A DNA stretch of 64,000 nucleotides from Octopus sinensis (GCF_006345805.1 NC_043001.1:54498001-54562000), one strand, 5' to 3'; counted from the first letter of the stretch, positions 1 through 12,828 are shown. A program made the numbers and translations. The notes: generated from the letters alone by a model not told the origin.

Positions 1-150
1 TAGCGGTTCGGCAAAAGAGACCGATAGAATAAGTACTGGGCTTACAAAAGAATAAGTCCCGGGGTCGAGTTGCTCGATTAAAGGCGGTGCTCTAGCATGG
101 CCGCAGTCAAATGACTGAAACAAATAAAAGAGTAAAGAGTAAAAGAGTAA
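1..150 (+). mobile_element. 3' part of tRNA-derived SINE (family A), cut by window edge
   Basis: Near-identical to 51838-51965; ends in GGCGGTGCTCTAGCATGGCCGCAGTCAAATGACTGAAAC followed by (AAAGAGT)-like tail repeats. Confidence 0.9.
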
Positions 151-248
151 TAGTAAGAACATGCAATGAGAATATTGTGCCCAATATATGTATATGGAAA
201 TACAACCATGGCTAAGGTGGAAATAAGTACTGGTTATATATGCAAATT

Positions 249-504
249 GGAGGCGCGTGGCTTAGTGGTTAAGGTGTCCGCATCATTATCGTAAGATTGT
301 AGTTTCGATTCTTGGACCGGGCGACGGGTTGTGTTCTTGAGCAAAACACTTCATTTCACGTTGCTCCAGTCCACTCAGCTGGCAAAAATGAGTAACGCTG
401 CGATGGACTGGCGTTCCGTCCAGCTGGAGAACCCATACGCCATTGAAACCGGGAAACCGGGCCCATGGGCCTGGCTAGGCTTTAAAAGGGCGCATTTATT
501 ATTT
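249..504 (+). mobile_element. tRNA-derived SINE (family C, V/CORE-like body)
   Basis: A-box TGGCTTAGTGG, B-box-like GTTTCGATTC, body GCGATGGACTGGCGTTCCGTCCAG; homologous to the inverted copy at 32820-33126. Confidence 0.8.
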
Positions 505-562
505 CATTATATATGCAAATAGTAAAATGTACCACTTTTAATTTCGTCTTAGCCATTATACT

Positions 563-764
563 GATATCAAATTTTGGCTCGCGAGTTCAGAGATGGAAGT
601 AAATCAATTACATCGACTCCAGTGCTCAACTGGTGTTATTTTAACGACACCGAAAGGATGAAAGCGAAAGTTGTCCTCGGCGGAATTTGAACACAGAACG
701 TAAATACGTAATGTCACTAAGCATTTTGTCCGGCATGCTAACGATTCTGCCAGCGCACCGTCTT
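563..764 (-). mobile_element. SINE family B (MetaSINE-like core), inverted copy
   Basis: Reverse complement carries a variant of GAGTTCAAATTCCGCCGAGG...TTTCATCCTTTCGG, shared with 31672 and 40750. Confidence 0.8.
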
Positions 765-907
765 CTGGACATTTTTCTATTGGAATATATTTATCACTTT
801 AACTATTGGTTTATTTTCATACTTTTCGAAACATCTGCTAAAATGCAAAGCCAAAGTAAAAATATTTCCTTTCTGCCTGGAATATATTCATTTCCAATAT
901 ATATTAG

Positions 908-1130
908 CGTAAGGTGCAGTGAGCTGGCAGAATCGTTAGCACGTCGGGCAAAATACTTAGGTGCATTATTTCATCCGTCTTTATGTTTGTTCTGAGTTCA
1001 AATTCCGCTAAGCCTGACTTTGCCTCTCATCCTTTTGGGCTCGATAAAATAACTACTAGTTGAACACTGAGGTAAGTAACCGACTTACCCCTCCCCCGAC
1101 CTTGTTAGCTTTGTACCAAAAATTGAAACC
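908..1130 (+). mobile_element. SINE family B copy
   Basis: GAGCTGGCAGAATCGTTAGC head, GAGTTCAAATTCCG B-box, tail TTGTACCAAAAATTGAAACC. Confidence 0.8.
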
Positions 1131-1204
1131 AATGTATACAACAGTCTAATGCGACGATCTGGCAGTTGTGTTACTGCTCCGGACAAAATACTTAGTACAG
1201 TTCT

Positions 1205-1750
1205 ATATTTAAGAGATGAGGAATTATGTACATTATTTATATTTGACGGATATTTGTCCTCATCTTGTTTGTTGTTTCGGCTGATATACCCTCTAGCCTT
1301 CATCAGGTGTCTTGGGGAAATTTTGAACCTGGGTCCTCATTCCTAAGGTATTGTTCTTTGTTATTATAACTCGGAATCTTGGAGTTAGTAGCCCGCGCTC
1401 TTAACCACTGCGCCATATGCCCGTGGGTAATTATGGAATGAATTTTAGGGCTTATAAATTTAATATTCTCCTATCCTTCCTTACTACTGGTTCCCATATG
1501 CTGTTCATATCTGCACTCGGTCTGCTTAGGAGGTTGTTGTATCCTAGCATATGTGCTGCTTCTTTTAGTTTTCGTATTTTCCAGTGGTGTTCTCTGTCTA
1601 TTACTTTAACTTCATCCCACAGGGGGAAGTGATCTCTATTTTTCCATACATGATCAGCTATACCCGATTTATCAATATCTCCCCGTGTCACAGCTTTGCG
1701 ATGTTCCTCTATCCTTATTTTGAGGGGGCGACATGTTTCGCCTTTGTATA
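1205..1750 (-). mobile_element. Penelope-like element 3' fragment: GIY-YIG endonuclease C-terminus plus terminal region
   Basis: Minus strand reads YKGETCRP/LKIRIEEHRKAVTRGDIDKSGIADHVW...KVIDREHHWKIRKLKEA (one frameshift), typical of PLE GIY-YIG domains; followed by a tRNA-like segment and a hammerhead-like core. Confidence 0.8.
1271..1310 (-). ncRNA. Incomplete hammerhead-ribozyme-like motif
   Basis: ACAC-CTGATGA-A-GGCT(12 nt)AGCC-GAAA-C; no NUH triplet or 3' stem I strand follows. Confidence 0.45.
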
Positions 1751-2212
1751 ACTTACCATACTTAGTGGCATTTCATCCGTCTTTACGTTCTAACTTCAAA
1801 TTCCGCTGAGGTTGACTTTGCCTTTCATCTTTTTGAGGTCGATAAAATAAGTTCCAGTTGAACACTGGGGTCGGTATAATCGACTAGCCCACTTCCTACA
1901 AGATTGCTGGATTGGTGCCAAAATTTGAAACCAATATATATAAGAATCTAGTTTTCTAAGTTGAAATAAAGTACTATTTTTAGATTTGGAATATAATTAA
2001 CTTCGAAAAATCTTTCATTTCTGTATGACATTTCTTTTTTCACTGACAGAAAAGTCATAAAAAATTTGTTCACATTTCAGCAAGATACATGTTTCTGGCT
2101 TTCTTTCTTTATTTTTTTTTTATGTTTCTGAGAATGTGCCTATCGTATAAGCACTACAAATATAACTCAGCTATTATGAATTTTAGTATATAAAAGTATT
2201 TTTTAAGATAAG

Positions 2213-2247
<35 letters not shown>

Positions 2248-2359
2248 CCGAAATTACGAGGATGATCCGGTTCTTGACTGAAGATCGAAGGCTTCGAATG
2301 TCCCGTCCGTGTTTTTTGTATCGTTTTCTAAATGTTTTGCGTTCTTGTCCCAGTTTGTA

Positions 2360-2403
<44 letters not shown>

Positions 2404-4968
2404 TATACTCATGTACAGACATATACATGTGTCTGTATGTTTGTGTTTATACGTGTGTGTGTGTTTGTGTTTGTGTGTGCAATTCTTTTATTATATAACT
2501 TTACATTTGTTTTATCGATACTTTATCAGAAGCGATTTGCTATATTATTATCATACAGTATAATATGTGTAACAATACACAGCAACGGTTAACACTGCAA
2601 AACTACCTGCTCCTCAGGTTTAGGCATAAAAACCATTTGCTGGGTGAATTTTTATTTTCAAAAACAAATATCGTCCGTTCAAGTTGTTCTTATCAATCCA
2701 TTTGCATATCATACTTAAAGCAAAACGTAACTACAAATTCAAATTAACAGGTCAAAATATAGAATGAATCCAAGAGAACAAAATAATCGTGAAAAAAAAA
2801 ATTAATAATTAAACGAACATATAAATGAGAAATTAAGTAGGAGATTCGTCTAATAATAACCAGTGTTACTGAAGAAATTGTACGCATAATTTCTTGCCTT
2901 CTCCGTAATTTGATAATGTGCGTTATATTGAGTACATATTTAAAAATTTTCGTCATCATTTAGTTAAGTGTGAACTACTAACAGAATCATCTATCATGCT
3001 CTCTCATTCTCTCGGATAAGAAAACACAGACATTTTTCAAGATAGATAAACTCTACGGTTATTTATGGATTTTCAGCTATATCATCAGTAAAACTATTCC
3101 GGTTCTTTACTTGTGTCTCATAGCTGGTACCCACGGACGAGCTTAAAAAAGCGAACTCCAAAGTTAAAACCTAAATTTTAACATTGATACTATATGTGTA
3201 TGTTTAGACAGTCAGGTGCAGGCAGACAGGTAGAGAGAAGTATTTATATATGTGTGCAGCTCCTGTCTCATGCCGTTAAGCCTCTGCGTGGTTGCTTGAA
3301 CTGCAGCCAAATTTCCTTCATGTCACACCTTATAATCTAGAATAAATATATTTTAGATAATGCAATCTAAAACACGATTCCTGGAAACTAAGACTACGGT
3401 TAATCATAGATGGAACAGTTTTAATCATAGAAATATTTGATCGAGGCTAAAGAACTTTAGCAACCAAAACTATTTAATACAAAGAATTCTACATAGAACT
3501 ACAATAAAATATTTATAGGGGATTTAAACCTACAACCGGTTGGTAGGTAACTTCATACTTTATTTCTACCGCCATCTTTCCGTCATTTGTGAAAGGAAGA
3601 ACATCTGCATGAACGGTCGAGCAACAAGAAATAGCAACCAAATTATCCTCGAATCGCATTATAATGTTTTCTAAAAGAATATCAGATAACGTTTAGTGTA
3701 CAAGTATTTCAGATAAAATACGGTATAGTCAGGTTTGAAATGGTGGCTATCTGCTCTATAAAAACTTATCTGGTGTAAAGCAACAACAAAAACCTTACTA
3801 TTATAAATGTTCCTAAATAACATCTCAGCATTATATAACTATTAAATCCATGTCTAAGTACGTTTCTTTGTGGAAAGGTGATACACGCACGCACACACAC
3901 ACACACACATGCATACATATACATACATTATTCATATACACGATGAAGGTATATCAGTTACCATAAAACATAATTGCTTGATTAATTAAAATTATCTCCG
4001 CCTCAATTGTTGAATGGCATCTAAAGTTCCATATGAGAAAGAAGCGTGAATTCTCCAAAGCTGACACGCCATTACAGGAAAGGACGGGCTTATTATGAGG
4101 AGACAAGAGGACAGTCGTAGAGCCGTGTTTCTACCGCAGTAGGCGACATTAGCATGGCAAGTTGCCAAATGTGTTATACCTTTACAAAAAAGGGAATTTG
4201 AACAAATTAAAAAAGAAAGCGAGAAAGGAAAAATAACTCAGAGTGGCCATACAACATAGACCATACAACATAAATTATTTAAAATCATTTTCGCTTCTAG
4301 ATGATGTGCTACAATTACCAAACGGCAATGTGAAAAGGTGAGATAATTGTTACACGAAGCTAGTTTCAATTGTCGTTTTTATAATTGTGACGCATCCTCT
4401 GCTGGTAAAAATGATTTTAATAAATCAAGAATTTATATTCTATAGCATACTCACACACAGGTTTAGATTTCAAAACAGATCTATCAAATGTAATATAACA
4501 CATCATTAGTATCATTCAAGAGTTCGGAGGGAATTTGAGTCTTTCAACATCAAACACTTGTCAGTCATTTGGCTCAGCTGATATTGATCTAATCCCTACA
4601 GCAATTAATCATATACCCGTTCTCTTTATTCAAAACCATCTAGTTGCCTTACCTACGACTTCGGCGATATAGCGTATAAACCCACTTCTTAGCTATACCA
4701 GTGACTATTAGTCCAGTCAAAGTGAATTAAATTGATTGTCCAGCTAACATCCGGCAAATTGTTGTTGTTGTTGCTTATGTCGGCACTGGTGGTGGTGATG
4801 GTGATTTGTCTTAAAGGTGGGGAGACTCAAAAAACCTCTTCGAATAGCTGATCTTATTCCTCAGACATTTTGTCGAAGAATTGGACACCATGCTTTCTTG
4901 AGAAATTTTAAAGAAATGGCCAAATGTTACAAAATAAATCACAAATTCTACTCCGAAGGATGGAAATA

Positions 4969-6246
4969 CGAGGGGCGTTCAATAAGTAATGCCCCTTCCT
5001 ATAGAAGTAGAGCAACGAAACTTGGCACAGTTATTAGTCTTTTTCTACATAGGAACCACCCAGATTTACGCATTTCTCCCATCGTTTGATGCGGCTCTGG
5101 AGACAGTTTTTGTAGAAGAACCCAGCTTGGTCCTCCAACCTCAACGTGACTTCAGAAATCAAGGCTGCATCATCTGGAAAACGCTTTCCTTTCAAAAACA
5201 ACTTCATGACTGGGAAGAGGTGAAAATCAGAGGGTGCAAGGTCAGGAGAGTAGGGGGATGGGGGAGGAGTTCATAGCCATACATCTGTGCTTCTGATCTG
5301 GCGACAAGCGAGTTGTGGACCGGAGCGTTGTCCTGCAGGAGGAGGATGCGTTTGCTGATCTTGCCCCGCCTCTTGATTTTGATAACTTCTCTTAATTTCC
5401 TCAAAAGTGAAGCATAATAGACTCCTGTAATTGTGGTACCCTTTGCCAGGAAATCTGTCATCACTACTCCGTCCTGGTCCCAGAAGACTGTGAGCATGAC
5501 CTTGCCAGCGGAGGGCTGCACCCTTGCCTTCTTTGGAGGGGGTGAGTCACGGTGCTTCCACTGCATTGACTGGGCTTTGGTCTCTAATCATCGTGATGGA
5601 CCCAGGTTTCATCCTTTGTAATCAGTCTTTTGAAAAATTTTGACTCATCTTCTTGCTTCTGGAAAGGTGTGAGCAACCTGGGAATCCATGAGGTCAAGAT
5701 TAGTGCCGGGTCTGTGCAAACTATCATTCATGTCGATTTGCATATGCAAATCGACATGAATGATAGTTTGCACAGACCCGGCACTAATCTTGACCTCATG
5801 GGCTATTTGGCGAATAATTATGCGTCGATCTTCCAAAATGGCAGCCTCAACTTGACGGACAGATGCCTCATCAATGGCAGAAGCGGGGCGACCAGATCTG
5901 GGAGCTGTTTCCACAGAGTTCCGACCATGTTTGAATTCACGATGCCAGCGTTTTACAAGGTCATATGATGGGGCATCATCACCATAAGTTACTTTCATTT
6001 CATCAAAAGTCTCCCGTGGTGTGCGTCCTTTCAAATACAAAAACCGGATCACTGCTCGACACTCAACAAGCTCCATTTCACACTTGACTCAGTTCAAACA
6101 CCTGTAAATCAGAAACCACAATTAGTTCAGAGCTGTTCAAATTTGTCACTTACTCTATAGAGATATAAATGATTGCACATGCAAAATTTCAGCTAGATCA
6201 AACAACTGCAAATGTGTCAGGAGCATTACTTATTGAACGTCCCTCG
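4969..6246 (-). mobile_element. Full-length mariner (Tc1/mariner, DD34D type) transposon
   Basis: 27-bp TIRs with 2 mismatches (CGAGGGGCGTTCAATAAGTAATGCCCC vs CGAGGGACGTTCAATAAGTAATGCTCC), TA at 4967-68 and 6247-48, 1278 bp long. Confidence 0.95.
5034..6076 (-). pseudogene. Disrupted mariner transposase
   Basis: MELVECRAVIRFL...RSGRP (HTH), WIPRLLT, KVMLTVFWD, LLQDNAPVH, HPP(Y)SPDLAPSDF, RWEKCV...YVEKD*; broken by frameshifts and a fold-back duplication. Confidence 0.92.
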
Positions 6247-6446
6247 TATAAGGAAGCCGAGTAATTCCCCACAACCCTTGGCGCAAGGAGCAAAAGTTTT
6301 AAATATAGATATTTGAAACACGAATAGACTTAAACAAAATTTACGAGATATTCGAAGTGAACTTCTTGCAGACACAACAGCCATAACGATAATGATAACA
6401 AGAGGCACTATAAGAACCGGAAGAAATGCTGCTTAGTTTTCTATCC

Positions 6447-6498
<52 letters not shown>
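6447..6498. repeat. (AAT)n microsatellite
   Basis: Direct reading. Confidence 0.95.
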
Positions 6499-6499
<1 letters not shown>

Positions 6500-7509
6500 T
6501 AATAATTGCAAACCACAATAATAATATCAAGAATGCGATTATAACTATTAGAAATCTAATAATATATCTCTCCTAAAGTCAAAACGGTGGGAAACCAATT
6601 TACTCTATCACCCAAAAAAAGAAACCGCCGGCGCAAGAGTTGGGTTACAGAATTAATTACCTGGCAAGAATTAGAAATAGACTGCAGCAGCTGAGAAGGG
6701 TTGACTGAAAAGAACTGGGGAGTAAAGATAATGAAGTCGGTATGGGAATGAGATTGGAAATAGTGGTTGGAAATAGACCTGATGCAGAGAACAAAACACT
6801 GCAAATCTAAAGAAAACACTGTTTAGTAAACCATAAAACTATGCTACCAAGAAAAAAGAAAAAAAAACACGGAAATATGCCAAAATAAACTATTGCAGTG
6901 GTCAGAGCTGTGATGTATTGTATGCGATAGTTCTAAATCTGTAAATGACGCCACAAATGACAAGTTGACCTGGTATTAAAAACAGAAAGAGAACAGCGAG
7001 TTTAATTGCTATTTCAAAAGATGATAGCTGTCTGTAGGAGACTTTTCCTTGGAAGCTGTAAGTGGTTGAAAACAGTAAGAGCGATGAACAGTATTTAGTA
7101 TTTACAGTAAATGTATTTAGAGTATTTAGTTACAGATGTTTACGTCTTGAATTTAAATCCTGCATGCCTTTCATCTGCCGGCGTGGGTAAAGTACGTGAC
7201 GCTGAAATATTATGGTCGAGCTAAAAAAAATTATACCGTGTAATTCAAAAGTCCCTTCACATTAAATGGCTTACAACCGAGGTCAGTTAAACTCAGCTAA
7301 GTTTCTTAATATGCTTCACTCCCCTTCTCTCAATCCTGCCTTCACGTCTTCCAGTTTTCTACAGCTTTCGCCTACCTCCCTAATGCATTTATCATCGCAC
7401 TCCAACTCCATTGACTGCCACAGCTCAGATTCCAGGATAGCTGATCAATTGACAATCATTCTCGAGTTATTCACGCAATTCTTACCCATATTTCAATGAA
7501 TTTACTGAA

Positions 7510-7720
7510 AAACACTGGCAGAATCGTTACCGCACTGGACAAAATGCTTAGGTGCTTTTCATCCATCTTATAGTTCTGAGTTCAAATTCCGCCGAGGTCA
7601 GCCTTGCCTTTCATCCTTTCGGACCCGATAAAATAAGTACCAGTGGAATACTGAGCCGATGTAATCCATTTACCCGCTCCCAGCGAAATTGCTAGCCTTG
7701 TGTCGAAATTTGAAATTCTT
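7510..7720 (+). mobile_element. SINE family B copy
   Basis: CTGGCAGAATCGTT...GAGTTCAAATTCCGCCGAGGTC...CTTTCATCCTTTCGG. Confidence 0.8.
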
Positions 7721-8634
7721 TTTTATTTTTTTTTTATTTTTGAGCCTTAACAGAAGTACCAGTTGAGAACTGGGGTCGATGTAAACGATTATCCCCCTGC
7801 CCCAACCTTATTACCCTTGTGGCAAAATTTTAAACCATTATCATCATCATCAACATCATCATGAGGGCATCGAGCTGGAGTAATCGTTATAGCACGCCGA
7901 ATAAAATGCTTAGCGGCATTTCTTAGTTATCCGCTACTGCGATGGTATTCACTTAACCATTGGCCTTTTTCAAATAGCACATACAATAACAACATGGTTA
8001 CAATGATTAATAATCAAGGATGCGGGTTTTTCTCTTCACAACGTATCTATTTCTGACAGTTTTTAACGCTACATGCATTAATTATGTCAGCCTACACCGC
8101 TCAAAGATTAGATAAATTTGGTATCAGTTCTTATGCTAAACATTTTACCGTTCACTGTACGCGTAATTCTAATTTCAATGAATTGAGATTCCGGAGTTGT
8201 CAACCCTGTGTTTTTGTTTTTTTTTTTGCTGGGGGTGGGTATCAGATTTAAGCAATGATCAAATACTTTCTGTTCCTCGTTCCTTGGAAAGTCACGAATT
8301 ATTAAAGTTTTCTTGCCCGCTTCATTAAGTGAGTCAGCTCTAAATCAACTAAATGTTTTCCATACGAATAACGTCCCTGTATTCAATCACTCACGCACAC
8401 ACGCATACACATACACACACACACAAACGCACACATACACATGCACACACACACACTCATATATATGTGTGTGTGTATACATATACATATATATAAGAAT
8501 CCGGGAACTTCTTGATGGTCTGTTCAGCAAATAGTATAAAAATACAATTCACAAAATGGAATAAAGTATTTTGCCGTGAGGAAGAAATGAAATTATATAT
8601 ATACATGTGTCTGAAAGTGAGTGTGTGTGCGTGC

Positions 8635-8696
<62 letters not shown>

Positions 8697-9089
8697 GTGT
8701 GTGTGTGTGTGGTGTGTGTGTGTTATACGTATATAATGACCGTGTGTTAAACCTATGACACTTGACGTTTGACAAAAATGGGATAAACAGGCAAACGAAA
8801 GATAAGAATAGTTCAGCATTCGTGATAAAACAGTTTATCTGGGGAAACTCCAGAAATGATTCTTTAACCATTCTCTCCATCCAGCCATAACTATTTTGAA
8901 ATTGTTACTACCTGCATTTACAATAAATAAAAATAACGTATATCAAGTCATGCAATAACAAAACACAGACACTGAGCACACATATGATAAAGAGAAATCT
9001 AGTTTCTACCGAACCAGTATTTGGCAAGACACAATTCCTTTATCAAGAGAAGTTGAACTATATACTGAAATCAACATTGCCAACATTTG

Positions 9090-9386
9090 AAGAGTACAAC
9101 AATCATGGTCAACGATGAGGCTGCCCAGCAGAGGCAACTCACTTGCTAGTTGACGCCTAACCGTTGTCTGATAGAACAAGTCATCCGCTTGGTCGCAAGC
9201 TTTTGGTGTAGGACTCCTCACATTGTCGGTTGTCCAACGTTCCGCTATCGACGTTTTCACCGTGTCCCTAGTAAGTGTGGCTAAGAGGTTACTAGCACTT
9301 GCCCAAGGTGCCTTCCTATTTTGTGTACAGGTGGATAGCAAAGAAAAGAGTTGAAAGCTTTCCTTATGGCCCATGATAGTAGCAAC
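9090..9386. repeat. 297-bp direct repeat, copy 1
   Basis: About 7 mismatches (manual count) versus 10309-10605. Confidence 0.95.
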
Positions 9387-9389
9387 TTA

Positions 9390-10900
9390 AGTTGGAAAAA
9401 GGCGAAATATTGTTCGTTGCTCTACCGATTGTGGATTAAGAGAGATGGTATTCTCAGGAGTGCTGCATTAGTCGTGTTTTGGGTAGTGTTGTAAATGTGT
9501 TTGCTTCTTTGTAGGTGAATGTGCATGTAATAACAGGAGCTGTGAGAAATTGGAGCCAACTGCGATATCAAACTGTACCTCTTGCATGTCACAGCGGTCT
9601 TGCACTTTCTGTATTGTTGTTTCGTAGTACAAAAGGATTGGGTGCAGCCTGTGACGATGCGAAGTTGACTAGTCGGTTTTGTTTTGTTATTTTCAGTAGA
9701 TGATTTACTAGGAAGGAGTGGACATGTTGGATTAAATGCGTGTTTTATCATTTGTTTATGTTGTTGAGTATAATGTTTGGCTTGTGAACTGTGGTGTTAC
9801 TACTATTAAGAAGAGAAATTGCTGATTAAACAGTGTTACTGTAAATATGTTTTTGGAGTCAGAATTCTAGGTGACTGTAAGATTGGAAACACTTTGTTAC
9901 ATAAGAGGAGTGGTAGAAAAATGTAAGTGCGATGCCATCTGTGTACGAGGCTGTGTTTGTGTTTGTGAAAAGATCATTTAGGACAGGTTAAAAAGTGGTA
10001 AGCCATAAAAGAAATTGCAAATGTTAGGTGTGTTGTTGCACACTACATAGGGTTGTTTACCTGGGTGTTTTGTGTTCTTTAAATGTTGTCGACCTCAGAG
10101 TTGTGCTCTTCTTCAAAGCGTGTTGAGTATTTTGTGCATCGTCGTCGTTGGTTGTCTGTTGCAGGTTGACGTTGAATACTCTGTTCAGAACGTCTCTGAA
10201 CAAAATGCTTTTGAACGGTGAGTAAGGCAGTTGGTATCATTTCCCCCTCACCCCCACCCCCACCAGGCTGCCTCTCTGGACCTCCACACCATGTACCAAA
10301 TTGTGTGCAAGAGTACAACAATTATGGTCAACGATGAGGCTGCCCAGCAGAGGCAACTCACTTGCTAGTTGACACCTAACCGTTGTCTGATGGTACAAGT
10401 CATCCGCTTGGTCGCAAGCTTTTGGTGTAGGACTCCTCACCCTGTCGGTTGTCCAACGTTCCGCTATCGACGTTTTCACCGTGTCCCTAGTAAGTGTGGC
10501 TAAGAGGTTACTAGCACTTGCCCAAGGTGCCATCCTATTTTGTGTACAGGTGGATAGCAAAGAAAAGAGTTGAAAGCTTTCCTTATGGCCCATGATAGTA
10601 GCAACAGTTTGTGTGTGTTGTTGAACTAATTATGCTTTGTCTAAGGTTTGTGAATGATATATTGGTTTATTATAAGGGTTTGTCTCCATGTTATGATTTG
10701 CATATGAGTGAAGTGTGGGGCTTTCTGAATATCAAGGGTATGTCTTAAAACAATTTTGGCGGCGTGCATAAAAGAGTGATAGGTCTATGTGAAGCTATTT
10801 CTCTTGGGTATTTGTTGGGCTTTAAAATTGTAATGGTTTTTCCCATTTAAACTCTGGGAGTCGGGTTGTGTTATACGCTTAGATGTACAAATTGATGAAT
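9390..10900 (-). mobile_element. Old, decayed non-LTR retrotransposon RT (Jockey/I-like group, clade uncertain)
   Basis: Minus-strand remnants HRPITLLC (SYRPISLL-like), ASYTDGIAL (YADD-like) and LRIVTGCT in RT order, with many stops and frameshifts. Confidence 0.55.
10309..10605. repeat. 297-bp direct repeat, copy 2
   Basis: Near-identical to 9090-9386; both give MGHKESFQLFSLLSTCTQ ORFs in the ORF track. Confidence 0.95.
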
Positions 10901-12645
10901 ACAGTGATTGGTGGTGGGATTATTTCTAAGTACTTTTGTTGTAATTTAACCCCAAGTCAATCCTGATTAAGTTGGCTATTACGAAAAGGAATCAAGCCGT
11001 AACCATTCCATCTTTTGTTCTCTGAAATAGTGTACACCTGACGATATTATCCAATGTACTTGGTTTGTATATTGGTAGAATGTACTTTGAGGGAGATCTG
11101 GTTGTTAATTCTAGCACATTAATCAACCACTTACAGACTCTCGCGTTGAATCGTTAATTTTGATGGTGATGATGTTGTAGCTGTTGCCATTTTTATTGTT
11201 AGTGGTTATGGAGATGGCGGTTTCTTATCGGACTTCTTCTTGTCGTTGTTTCAATCACCATGTGTTTTTATCGTGCCAATACATGAATAAGAAATTTGTA
11301 ATAATAATACTTTCTATTAAAGGTACGATGCCTGAAATTTTGAGAAGAGCATTGTCGCTGTGAATTGTCTTTCCTTTTCCTCCTTATTTTCTTTGTTTTT
11401 TTCTTCCTTATTTCTTTTTTCTCTTCTTCCCTATTTTTCTGTCACATGACTTTGTAAATGAACAATCTCACGTGTTTATTTTAATGGCCTACCAATGTTT
11501 ACAGTGAGTTTCTTTGCCCTAGGTGTTGGGAAGACTCGGAGAGAAATGAAAGCAAAGTTGGAAGAAGAAAATAATGATAATAATAATAATAATAATTCTC
11601 GCTCTTGCACAATTCTTTCTACTACAGGTATAAGGCATGACTTTTTTTGTTTGGTGGCAGTGGTGGGTTGCTAGTCGATCACATCAACCCCAATACTTGA
11701 CTGATACTTTATTTTATTACCTACTCTTCCATAATAAGAAGACTATGTAGAATTCACATCCATATAATCCTTCATTGTTTGTCATAGAGTTGGAATATTT
11801 TAAAATACCGAAAGCATATTAGTTTTTTAAAACATTTTCAGATTTTCCGTTCTCACAGTCCAGCCCCACTATGAGAAAAACTGAGTTAAAATGTTGAGTA
11901 TAGGTGTATTGCCGTATTGCTACATAAATATTTGTCAATGTACCAAGTGAGTCAAGTGGTGATACTTTTTAAGGTTTGTCAGAGAGAGAAGAGCCGTGCC
12001 TATAAGCCCAGCCTTTTTTTTTTTTTCAGTTTAGTATTTCCAAGGCTAGTAGGACGAATTTCTCCAAAAATCGAGTATCAGACTTGAATGCTTACAAAAA
12101 GGTAGTGGAGATTAAGTCTTTCACCCAAAGACTCAGAACATAAAAAAGAAACCGAACAGATGTCAACAAACGTCTCGTCCAACACTAAGAATTCAATTAA
12201 TTCACTGCTTTGGACCGAAAGAATGAAAGATAAAGTTGACTTCAATGAAATTTAAACTCAATTAGTCAGAACAGACATCGAATTACCTACTCCTGTTTGT
12301 TGCAAATATGGCTTTTGATGTCCTGTTCAAGTTAGATTTGTTCATTCAGACTAAATATGTGCGGCAAAATCAGAAGCATCGCCCATATATGGACATAAGT
12401 CATGTTAGTTTTCCGTGGTTATCTGATGTGGTATTGATATGCTTGTTTTTGTAGCTGCCTTAAATTTAGATTTTAGTTGTTCAAAATCTGATCCAACGGG
12501 TGTAGGGGTGAAATAACTAGGGGTCGATTCAATATATCTCTCCAAAATTATATGGCTGCGCACCAATATCAAATCATTATCATTACTATTATTACTGAAG
12601 GCCAGATGCTTGTGTGTGTATGAGTGTGTATGTATGTGTTTGTAT

Positions 12646-12692
<47 letters not shown>

Positions 12693-12789
12693 GTATGTGT
12701 GTGTATGTATGTATATATCTATAATTTCTTATTCGTTTCCGTTTCTCCCTAAGACTGTCAATTGAACAAGTACCGACTATATCCTGCTA

Positions 12790-12828
<39 letters not shown>

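Noticed and set aside
11523-11630. Possible upstream exon (CCCTAG|GTGTTGGG...CTACAG|GTATAA)
   Set aside because: The donor lies in an inverted SINE tail, the interior is an AAT repeat, and the phase does not fit exon A.
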